24,559 nt of DNA from an uncultured bacterium (GTDB lineage: Bacteria > Verrucomicrobiota > Verrucomicrobiia > Verrucomicrobiales > DEV007). Each line of letters starts with the position of its first letter. The first letter of the stretch is position 1. Position numbers and translations under genes: made by a program. The notes beneath the pieces were generated by a model. The model did no database searches. It was not told where the DNA came from and worked only from the letters and a program-made list of their open reading frames with translations. Positions 9,792-17,790 of the stretch are shown piece after piece. The stretch is taken from NCBI GenBank assembly GCA_963977015.1, contig CAXBMO010000044.1:1-24559 (forward strand), written 5' to 3'.

Positions 9792-10873
9792 AGGAGAGAA
9801 AGATCAGCTTGGGATCGAAGGCCATGCAAGGCGGTTGCGAGGCGGGCTTCCGTAAAGGTGCGGAGGTCCCCGCCACTGCATCCGCTTCCGATGAGAAAGA
9901 AACCGGAGTCTCGCCGGAAATAGCCCGCCCCGACCCGGATCACGGCTTTCACGATCAGGTTTCGGAGAAGATGGAGCCAGAATCGCGGCATGGCGTCGTC
10001 GGGCAGCGCCGCCTCGCTTTCATACCCGGCGAAGGCCCGTTCGAGGAACGCGCGGTCGTGAAAGCAGGCGAGGAGGGAAAGATCGTCCATCGGATCACCG
10101 GAAATCGCGTCATCGAAATCGATGAATGCGGTGACGTGGTCTGGGGTGCCGATCACGTTCCAGAGCGCGAGATCTTTGTGGACGAGGCAGCCTTCGGTGA
10201 GATTGAGGTGGTCCGCGTGGTCTTCCACCACCGAGGCGATCTCGTCACGTCGTGTCTTTGTTAGGAAGTCATCCTTCACCAGGAAATCGAGGTGTCGATC
10301 GAGCCGAAGGTTGAAGTAATCGGCGTAGGTCTCATGCCAGCCTCGCAGCTGCCCTTCACGTTGCCAGGTGGCAAGTTGAAACGGGCCGAAGCCCGGTGGT
10401 CGGATCTTTTGCCAACGCGCCACGTTCTGCCCGATTTCATAAGCCACCGTGTTTTCGTCCAGCGCGTCCTGTTTTGCCCACTGGTTCAAATCGGGTTCGG
10501 GAAGGAACTCCAACAGCTGCCACGCGAAAGGCGCCTTGGTTCGGCTCGCGTCGCATCCGAGGACACGGGGAACGGGAATCTCGCGAGCTGCGACTTCGCC
10601 GAGAACCGCCGATTCGATCTCGAGGTGCTGATCTCCCTCGGGACCGTTTTCCACCCGGAGAAAACCGGTTTCCCCATCCATTTCCACGATCCAGGTGAGA
10701 TGGTTTCCCTGACTCGACGAAGGCCGGAACGCGAGTTTGGCGGGCTGAAAGTGTTCTGTCAGGGCGACGCGGAGCTGTTCCTCGGACACGCCAGCATCCT
10801 CGTTCCTCGGCGCGGTTCCGTGAAACGCCGCCGGTCGGTCGCACTTCCAGTAGTAAATGTCGCGTCGGCTCAT
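9788..10873 (-). CDS. Aminoglycoside-phosphotransferase-like (APH/choline-kinase fold) kinase
   Basis: Brenner motif VHKDLALWNV, metal motif FIDFDDAISGDP, IPVPRVL. Start ATG at 10873 overlaps the upstream stop (ATGA); the stop overlaps the aldolase start (ATGA). Confidence 0.85.
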   Translation of the reverse strand: MSRRDIYYWKCDRPAAFHGTAPRNEDAGVSEEQLRVALTEHFQPAKLAFRPSSSQGNHLTWIVEMDGETGFLRVENGPEGDQHLEIESAVLGEVAAREIPVPRVLGCDASRTKAPFAWQLLEFLPEPDLNQWAKQDALDENTVAYEIGQNVARWQKIRPPGFGPFQLATWQREGQLRGWHETYADYFNLRLDRHLDFLVKDDFLTKTRRDEIASVVEDHADHLNLTEGCLVHKDLALWNVIGTPDHVTAFIDFDDAISGDPMDDLSLLACFHDRAFLERAFAGYESEAALPDDAMPRFWLHLLRNLIVKAVIRVGAGYFRRDSGFFLIGSGCSGGDLRTFTEARLATALHGLRSQADLSLL

Positions 10874-11808
10874 TCCTCGGATTCCGTCGAACGGCGTTTC
10901 CACCAGGCGGACACGAATCCACCAAGGATATTCTGCATCACCCCGCTAAAGACCGCCGCCGCAGCAGCAAGCGGCATCGCGGCAAAATGAGCTCGCGCCA
11001 GCGCTGCCGCCATGCCTCCATTCTGCATCCCAACCTCGATGCTGACGGTGCGGGCGGCGGACTCGGGATAGCCGAACAATTTGCACACCCCGTAGCCGAC
11101 TGCGAATCCGATGAGGTGCAACAGTGCCGCGGCGAGAACGAGGCGCCCGAAGTTTTCCGCGATGCTGTCCGCACTGGCCGCCACGATTCCACCGGTCACC
11201 AGAGTAAACGCGACGACGGCCACGGTCGGTCCGCAGGCGCCCATCCGGTCTGCGGTGCGCGGTAGTTTCCATCGAATCAGGACTCCGAGCGACACCGGTA
11301 GCACAGTGAGTTGGAGGGTTGAAAGGCAAAGGCCCAGCACATCCACTGGGACGCGGTTTCCGGCGAGCACGCTGGTCCACATCGGGGTGAAAAAGAAGGC
11401 GAGCATGGTCGAGCAGAGCGTCAGGACCACGGAAAGGGCGACGTTCGCCTTGGCAAGATAGGCAATCAGGTTGGAAGCCATTCCACCGGGACAACTCGCC
11501 ACGAGAATGATCCCGAGGGCGAGACCGGTCTCGAATTTCAGGACCGTGGCGATGCTCCAACCAATCAGCGGCATCAGCAAATACTGCGAGCCGAATCCGA
11601 CTGCGACCGCTCCGGGAATCCGGGCGATCTTCCGGAAATCCTCGATCCGAAGTGTCAGCCCCATCCCCAGCATCGACGCGGCGAGCGACCAGAGAATCCA
11701 CGGTTTGTCGAACCAGAGCATCGTGGAGGGCTTGAAATAGGCCACCAGCGACAGGCCCACGAGCCAGACGGTGTAGAGGCTGTTGAAGATTTCGAAGAAG
11801 CGTTTCAT
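10870..11808 (-). CDS. Bile acid:sodium symporter (BASS/SBF) family transporter
   Basis: True start probably MKRFFEIF at 11808. Motifs MLGMGLTL, QYLLMPLIG, SCPGGMASN, SIEVGMQNGG; about 10 TM helices. Confidence 0.92.
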   Translation of the reverse strand: MKRFFEIFNSLYTVWLVGLSLVAYFKPSTMLWFDKPWILWSLAASMLGMGLTLRIEDFRKIARIPGAVAVGFGSQYLLMPLIGWSIATVLKFETGLALGIILVASCPGGMASNLIAYLAKANVALSVVLTLCSTMLAFFFTPMWTSVLAGNRVPVDVLGLCLSTLQLTVLPVSLGVLIRWKLPRTADRMGACGPTVAVVAFTLVTGGIVAASADSIAENFGRLVLAAALLHLIGFAVGYGVCKLFGYPESAARTVSIEVGMQNGGMAAALARAHFAAMPLAAAAAVFSGVMQNILGGFVSAWWKRRSTESEE

Positions 11809-11840
11809 TTGCAAAAATGGGGTGGCGTTCCAAAGAACGG

Positions 11841-13886
11841 CTATTGGTCGACAATGGAGGAATTCCCGAGTTTCCCGGCGGCAAGGTAGCCGTCGCTCAG
11901 GCCAGATGGCGTGTCGCTGAACCAGAAGGAATAGAGGCTTCCCTTGCGTAACCGGAATCGAATGCGGACAGGGTCGTCCGGCAGCGAAGCGATCTCGGGG
12001 CCACCTTTCCACCGAATCTCTACGAGTGTGGAATCGGTGCTGACGGTCTCGCAATTCTCCAGAGTGAAAGGCTCGATGACCTGTCCTGACACATCAACAA
12101 GTTCGGCCTGCAGTTCTCCCTCCGGGCAGTCCACATTAACGAAGAGGTGGCTCCCTTCGAAGCTCAACGGGCGGGTGGTCAGGGTTCCCGCAGCATCTCC
12201 CGCATCCATCGACGCGAAGCCATCCCGTCGCAATCTCGCCAGTCCGATCGCGCCTCCAAAATACATGCCTTTTCTCCCGTCGGGCGCGACTCCGGAATAC
12301 CCGCAGTAGGGAAACACCAGTTCGTCCCCATCCAGAAAAAAGACGCCCCCGGTGCTGTGCAGGTAGGCGCGATCCCAGGAGCCTTCGGTTCGGGAAGCCG
12401 CGATGAATGCGCGCCGATCGGGGCGGCTCCAGTGAAACCCATCGCGACTGAATCCGAGTTTGAGCTCGGTGATTTTCGGGAATTTTCCTTCGTTGCAGAT
12501 CCGGTTGTCCGGTCCCAGGTGAATTGAGAATGCGCCAACGATCAGCGACTCATAAGCGACGGCATTCAAGCTGTAGAGCTGCGCCGAATCGCCGACTTCG
12601 GGATCGGGTTTGTCGAGCCGGTCCGCGCCGCACCAGAACACCGAGCGATCAAACGCCCCGGGGGTGAGAAATTCTGGCGCCTCCGCGTAATAGCGGGATC
12701 GACCGTGCTTCGTGCCGCGCTTGATGCTGTAGCTCCAGACCTTCCGAAACGGATTGTGGAAAAACGAGCAGTAGTCGCCCGCCTTGCCCGCCGGGACCGG
12801 AGACGACCAGATTCTTCCATCGGCGGAGGTGGCCAACCAATGCGGATCGCGGGGGTCCCGTTGCGTCAGAAACTTCAGCCGCTGCGAAGGGTCCTCGGTC
12901 TGCACATCCAGCCAGAGACAGTTGTCGCCGCCGGCGTGATCGCCCCGAGTCCGTCCGCCTTGGGGAAGCACGAGATTGCCACCGGCCGGCAAGCCCAGGT
13001 CCGGTCGTTCCCACTCCACGCCGTCGCGGCTGGTGGCGTAGGCGAGTGCCCCGTCGAGTTCACCGGCGCTGTACCACATTTTTAACAACCGCTCCGCCGG
13101 ATCGTAGAAGACGCCGCCATTGCCGAGATAACACACGCCGTTCTTGCGCTCAACTTTGGTCGTTGCGCTGAACACCGGATTGCGGGCATCCTTTTTCGCC
13201 GTGTGCCAGCTGCGCTTCAAGGTGGTTTCCTCGATCAAAAAATCATCGACAAACAACTGACGACCCACGGAGATATCGATCGTTTCTGGCGGATGTTCCA
13301 AGTAGGGAACCGGTATCGGTTCATACGAGTTCGGGTCGAGAGTACGCGGCGGCCAGACGCGGGGTAGCTGGATGTTGTTGTAGAGAATTTCCCCGTCGTT
13401 TTTCTGCCAATTCAAGGAGACGGGTTTCAGGAAAAACGCTTCGCGGGCGAGGAGAACGACCCACTTCCGCGTTTCGACGATCTCGCCGGGCTTCAGCGTC
13501 TTGCGGTAGACTCCGGCCAAGTCGGCTTCCTGGGTTCCGAACAATTGGAACGGTTCAATTTCGAGTCGTTCAAAGCCCTGGCTCACCAAAGCGTTCGCGA
13601 GCGAGTTGGTGGGGTGCTCCACCGGTGTGATCGCGTAGACGGTGAAGCTCTTGGCGCATTCCAGGAGCACTTGGGATTCAATATCCGTTCGAAGAAACGA
13701 AAACCCCGCAAGGGAGTCCGGCACTTCCAGAACTGGATAGGAACGATTCGAGAAAAGCTTGGCGCCTTCTGTAAACTCCACGACCCCGCCCGGAAGCCGG
13801 GCCGGTTCCGCACGGGTCTTGAAAGAGCCGAGCAGGGCCAGGCAGACGATCGTCCACGGGATCAGATGGGGTTTTTTGAAAGGCAT
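11841..13886 (-). CDS. Exported glycoside-hydrolase-like beta-propeller (GH32/GH43-clan-like) with N-terminal accessory domain
   Basis: Signal-like N-terminus, GRQLFVDDFLIE, Asp-box-like TSRDGVEWERP / TSADGRIWS / FSRDGFHWSRP, and C-terminal LRRDGFASM..GTLTTRPL..LFVN sandwich typical of this PVC-abundant family. Confidence 0.8.
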   Translation of the reverse strand: MPFKKPHLIPWTIVCLALLGSFKTRAEPARLPGGVVEFTEGAKLFSNRSYPVLEVPDSLAGFSFLRTDIESQVLLECAKSFTVYAITPVEHPTNSLANALVSQGFERLEIEPFQLFGTQEADLAGVYRKTLKPGEIVETRKWVVLLAREAFFLKPVSLNWQKNDGEILYNNIQLPRVWPPRTLDPNSYEPIPVPYLEHPPETIDISVGRQLFVDDFLIEETTLKRSWHTAKKDARNPVFSATTKVERKNGVCYLGNGGVFYDPAERLLKMWYSAGELDGALAYATSRDGVEWERPDLGLPAGGNLVLPQGGRTRGDHAGGDNCLWLDVQTEDPSQRLKFLTQRDPRDPHWLATSADGRIWSSPVPAGKAGDYCSFFHNPFRKVWSYSIKRGTKHGRSRYYAEAPEFLTPGAFDRSVFWCGADRLDKPDPEVGDSAQLYSLNAVAYESLIVGAFSIHLGPDNRICNEGKFPKITELKLGFSRDGFHWSRPDRRAFIAASRTEGSWDRAYLHSTGGVFFLDGDELVFPYCGYSGVAPDGRKGMYFGGAIGLARLRRDGFASMDAGDAAGTLTTRPLSFEGSHLFVNVDCPEGELQAELVDVSGQVIEPFTLENCETVSTDSTLVEIRWKGGPEIASLPDDPVRIRFRLRKGSLYSFWFSDTPSGLSDGYLAAGKLGNSSIVDQ

Positions 13887-13946
13887 TTTCTGATGATGCT
13901 GCGCAGATCATCATCAGGGTTTGCAAGTCGCGCGACGGCTTTTCAG

Positions 13947-13959
13947 TGTTACCGTAACA
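13947..13959. promoter_or_regulatory. Candidate LacI-family operator (TGTTAC-C-GTAACA)
   Basis: Perfect 6-1-6 inverted repeat in the 100-bp divergent intergenic region between the catabolic operon and the LacI gene. Confidence 0.55.
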
Positions 13960-13986
13960 TTTTGATGGCTTTCCCCTTCGATTTTC

Positions 13987-15024
13987 ATGTCTGACCCCCA
14001 TATTTCGCTTCGTGCCATCGCTGAAAAAGCGGGCGTTTCGACCATGACCGTATCTCGCGCCTTACGCAACGAGCCGCGGGTGGCCGCCGCGACCCGCGAT
14101 CACATTCTTCGAGTTGCGAGCGAACTCGGACATCGGCCGGATCCTCAGCTGTCCCGAATCATGACCCAACTCCAGGGGCGGCGTCGAAAGCAGGAACGGG
14201 AAACGATCGCCGTGATTCGCGAAGCCGAAACCGGCACCGACCTTCCCAGCCCGACCTACCAGTATGTCCCGATTGAAGCAATTCGCGACCGGGCCGAGCG
14301 GTTCGGATTTCTCGTCGAGGAATTCTGGCTTGGCATCGATGGCATGACGCCGAAGCGGATGGACCAGATTCTCCATACGAGGAACATTCGCGGGGTCATC
14401 GTCTCTCCGCAATCCGCCAGCATGCCGGTGCGGGAACTCGACTATTCTCGGCTCGCTGCCGCCACCTTCGGCTACGGACTGCTGACTCCCTCGCTTCACC
14501 GCTCTGCGGGAAACATGACCCTCGCCGTGAGTCTCGCCACGGACGAACTGGAGAAGCGCGGCTACCGCCGGATCGGTCTCGCCTTGTCCCAATGGGTCGA
14601 AGCGCGCGCCGAAAACGCCTACACCGCATCGCTCCTGCATTACCAACAGAAGATCGATCCGACGAATCGCGTGCCGCCCTTTCAGTTTCCCGGCAACGAC
14701 ATCACCAGCGGAAAAAATCGCTTCCTTGATTGGGTCGACGCGCATCAACCCGACGTGCTCCTGACCTTCGACCAGGAGATCCCCAAGTGGCTCGCGGAAC
14801 AGGGACTCCGGATTCCCCACGACATCGGTCTCGCCGCTCACGACTGGTCACCTAAAATGCCGGACTTTGCCGGAATCAACCACCGTCGCGAGCATGTCGC
14901 CGCCGCCGCCGTCGACCTCGTCGTGGCCCAGCTCCTCCAGAATGAAGGCGGCATTCCCGAGGCGCCCCGCCAGATCCTGATTCCGCCGGTGTGGGTCGAT
15001 GGTCCCAGTGTGCGGGAAAAATGA
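13987..15024 (+). CDS. LacI-family DNA-binding transcriptional regulator
   Basis: HTH ISLRAIAEKAGVSTMTVSRALRN, hinge LGHRPDP, sugar-binding domain with GYRRIGL and GLRIPHDIGL. Confidence 0.93.
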   Translation: MSDPHISLRAIAEKAGVSTMTVSRALRNEPRVAAATRDHILRVASELGHRPDPQLSRIMTQLQGRRRKQERETIAVIREAETGTDLPSPTYQYVPIEAIRDRAERFGFLVEEFWLGIDGMTPKRMDQILHTRNIRGVIVSPQSASMPVRELDYSRLAAATFGYGLLTPSLHRSAGNMTLAVSLATDELEKRGYRRIGLALSQWVEARAENAYTASLLHYQQKIDPTNRVPPFQFPGNDITSGKNRFLDWVDAHQPDVLLTFDQEIPKWLAEQGLRIPHDIGLAAHDWSPKMPDFAGINHRREHVAAAAVDLVVAQLLQNEGGIPEAPRQILIPPVWVDGPSVREK

Positions 15025-15062
15025 GCAACCCGGAGGCGGCCGACGGGTACAGGGGTTCGTGA

Positions 15063-15080
15063 CTTGGCGTTGCAGCCAAG
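15063..15080. terminator. Possible hairpin between convergent genes
   Basis: CTTGGC-gttgca-GCCAAG 6-bp stem between the lacI stop and the convergent gene's stop. U-tract is weak. Confidence 0.25.
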
Positions 15081-15109
15081 GGTAATTTTGACCTGAACCT
15101 CTTGGAACG

Positions 15110-17608
15110 TCACAGGGGCTTCGGCCCGCATTCAAAGGGAATTTCGGTCTGACCGGGCTGAATTGGCGACGCCGGCTTGCCGATGGTTCCGCTGATGGTC
15201 GGCTCGATAGCCCGTGCGGCTTCCTCAGAGAGATGATTCGAGCCTCCAATACTGCTGACATGAACCGGCAGGATCCGCTCGCCGAAAAACCTCGCGTTAC
15301 GATACCGAACATCATAGGCATCCTTCAGAAGGATCATCCGCATGTGTTCGTTCTGGTCGCTGGGATAATTCACGCCAAAACCGCCCTCCCTGCTGGATCG
15401 AAGCGGTTTCTCAGCATGGCCGAAAACACAGTCATTCACCTCAATATCATGCGGCGCGTAGTCTTTCATGTTGGTGGCGTTCAAGAGCTCGTTCCCTGGT
15501 CCTGACCGGCGTCCGCAATCCAGCGTCGTGATCACCAACGCGTTGGGCATGTCGTGAAACAGGCATCGTTCGACGAGGATGCCGATGTTCTCCGGCGCGA
15601 GCCCTCCGATCTTCCCAGTCCGAGATTCATAGTGGGATTTGAGATCAAGCCCCGAAGTTCCAAGACGACGAAAAACGCAATTCCGAATGACCGAGTCATT
15701 GAAGCCGCCCGTCGTGTCGATGCCGTCGCGAAGGTTGTCCTGAAAAACGCAGTCCTCCACCAACACCCGTCGCACCGCACCACTCGCGCCGCCCCCGGTC
15801 TTGATGCCGTCGCCCTGACACTGTTCGATCACACAACGCCGGAAGACCAACTTGTCGCACCCCGTCAGCAGCACAGACCAATGCCCACCGGCAACGTGCG
15901 TAGCGATGACCTCGATGTCGCTGCAGTCGGTGAATTTCAGGTGATGACCAATCGACCCCTTCAAGCGGCAGTTCTCGATCCGAATCCCGTTCTTTTCACG
16001 AGCCTGAATCCCAAGCCGCCTCGTGAAGTTCACATCATGCTTCTCGCCGGTAGGCCCGAGCGGAGGTGTGTTCAAATAGGTGATCGTCAGGTTCCTGACA
16101 ATGGCACCATTTCCAAGCTCCAAGAGCGGCCGATTGTCATTCGGGTCCGCTGCGTCGGTAACATCGAATCCTGCGTCCTCGGCCGCGGAAATGGTGAAGT
16201 CGTCTGGCAGACGGTGGCTTCCGGAGATTCGGAAGGTGTGTTCGAGGCGCAGTTCCTCGCCAGGATTGAGTTTGCCACTTTCCAGCAACTGTTGAAACGC
16301 CTCCGTGACGTCTTGACCCGCCTTCCAACCCAAGTCCGACGAGCGATGGAGTTTCGTGGAAACCCGAGGGTTTTCCTGCCCATGGAGAGATTCGAAGGCA
16401 CCGGTTTCTTCCAGCTTGCCGAAGACGATCCGTTCCTTGCGGCTCTGTGAATGATCGCCCTGCGTCGCGCAGACCCAGATCGCTCCGTCGTGCTCCCGGA
16501 AGGTGGGATACTGGAAGGACTTCGGAGATTCGAAGCGGTACTTGCGCTCCCAGGTCTTTCCGTCCCGGGAAACGTCGACATTGAAGACGCTGCGGTGGAC
16601 GCCTTGAATCTTCGTCGCCTCCTGCCAGCCGAGGTAGTAGAGGTCGCCGAACTTGTCGAAGGTCGGTTTCGAATTAGCCCCGTTGGGAACGAACTCGCGC
16701 TCCTTTCCGACGGTCCAAGTGACGCCGTCCACGCTCGTGGTGAAGTGGTAGTTGCCGCTGTCGTTGCGGCAGATCGCCATCCAGGTTCCGTCCGGGAGGC
16801 GGTTCACGGCGGACTCGCTGAGCTGCTGCGCCTGCGGTTCGTTGAAATGGCCTAACACTTCAACTGTCGCGAAATCTTCGTACATCCGGGCGAGGGCGTT
16901 CTGTTTTCCAACAAAGTTGTTCAGCGCCACGTAAACCTGGCCATCGAAGGTCTTGAAGGAATCGAAGAGATACATCCCGTAATCCTTGGCTGGCTTCGTG
17001 AATCCCTGGGCCACGGCGTCGGCGTGAAAATGCTGCGGTTGCATGTCAAAAACACCCGCCGCGGTCTTCAGCTTCACCCGGTGGATCGTCGGCGCGAACT
17101 CGCGCTTGCCGAGGTCGAAATCGCGAAACCACATTTGCGTCTGGCGTTTGCCCGGCTGTTCGCTGGCGAAGTAGCAGCGCAGGGTCTTGTCGTCTTTTTG
17201 GATGATGCGCGGCACGAAACACGCGCCAACCGGAAGCGTCTCGTTTTCAAAAGCCTCCTCGCTGCGGGCAACCGGGATCACGGCCTCAACGGCGAGCGTG
17301 TCGAGCCTCACGATCGACAACACGCTGTAAATCTCGGGCCATGCCGCACTTTCGCCGGAACCGAGGTCGTTCACCTCGGCAACGATGTAGGCGTGGTCGC
17401 CAAACAGCACCATCTCGGCATCGTGGGCGCCTTTGACGGCCGGCGCGGTCACGGTGACGAGTCGTTCCATCACGACATCGCCGGCCCGGACGGGATCCCA
17501 GCCCTCCGGAATTAACGACGGGACTTCAGCAAGTGCCGGTGAAGTGGACAAGAGCGTGAACAGCAAACCTGCAATGCTGCTCAGAAACGAAGGGGTTTGA
17601 ATGGTCAT
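15110..17608 (-). CDS. Exported sialidase-like propeller fused to right-handed parallel beta-helix (pectin-lyase-like) domain
   Basis: Start moved to ATG 17608 (MTIQTPSFLSSIAGLLFTLLSTSPALA, a signal peptide). Asp-boxes SVDGVTW and SRDGKTW, FQYPTF. C-terminal beta-helix repeats IENCRL, GDGIK, VEDCVFQDN, DGID, IRNCVF. Confidence 0.8.
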   Translation of the reverse strand: MTIQTPSFLSSIAGLLFTLLSTSPALAEVPSLIPEGWDPVRAGDVVMERLVTVTAPAVKGAHDAEMVLFGDHAYIVAEVNDLGSGESAAWPEIYSVLSIVRLDTLAVEAVIPVARSEEAFENETLPVGACFVPRIIQKDDKTLRCYFASEQPGKRQTQMWFRDFDLGKREFAPTIHRVKLKTAAGVFDMQPQHFHADAVAQGFTKPAKDYGMYLFDSFKTFDGQVYVALNNFVGKQNALARMYEDFATVEVLGHFNEPQAQQLSESAVNRLPDGTWMAICRNDSGNYHFTTSVDGVTWTVGKEREFVPNGANSKPTFDKFGDLYYLGWQEATKIQGVHRSVFNVDVSRDGKTWERKYRFESPKSFQYPTFREHDGAIWVCATQGDHSQSRKERIVFGKLEETGAFESLHGQENPRVSTKLHRSSDLGWKAGQDVTEAFQQLLESGKLNPGEELRLEHTFRISGSHRLPDDFTISAAEDAGFDVTDAADPNDNRPLLELGNGAIVRNLTITYLNTPPLGPTGEKHDVNFTRRLGIQAREKNGIRIENCRLKGSIGHHLKFTDCSDIEVIATHVAGGHWSVLLTGCDKLVFRRCVIEQCQGDGIKTGGGASGAVRRVLVEDCVFQDNLRDGIDTTGGFNDSVIRNCVFRRLGTSGLDLKSHYESRTGKIGGLAPENIGILVERCLFHDMPNALVITTLDCGRRSGPGNELLNATNMKDYAPHDIEVNDCVFGHAEKPLRSSREGGFGVNYPSDQNEHMRMILLKDAYDVRYRNARFFGERILPVHVSSIGGSNHLSEEAARAIEPTISGTIGKPASPIQPGQTEIPFECGPKPL

Positions 17609-17790
17609 GGATAAAGGCAATTCTCGGGAGGAGGAACCGCATTGCAAGAAAACAGGCAAGCCCGAAAAGAGCTAGGGCGGCGAATCCTTTCCTGGTGTGG
17701 AAACCGAACAATGCGACAACCCAGTAACGGAAAAGATGTTGCAATTTTTCGCCTAACCTGAAACATTCCACTCGACTTGAAGCAGAGGCA

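Noticed and set aside
9788-10873. Antibiotic-resistance interpretation of the APH-like kinase
   Set aside because: It is coupled to an aldolase and a transporter in a catabolic operon; the fold alone does not imply resistance.
11809-12054. 82-aa N-terminal extension of the BASS ORF
   Set aside because: Overlaps the upstream hydrolase gene and is not BASS-like; ATG at 11808 is more plausible.
17628-17700. GGAGGAACCGC resembling part of the c-di-AMP (ydaO) riboswitch
   Set aside because: The other conserved elements (GCUGAA, GGGGUUAAUC, CAGCUAAC) are absent; probably chance.
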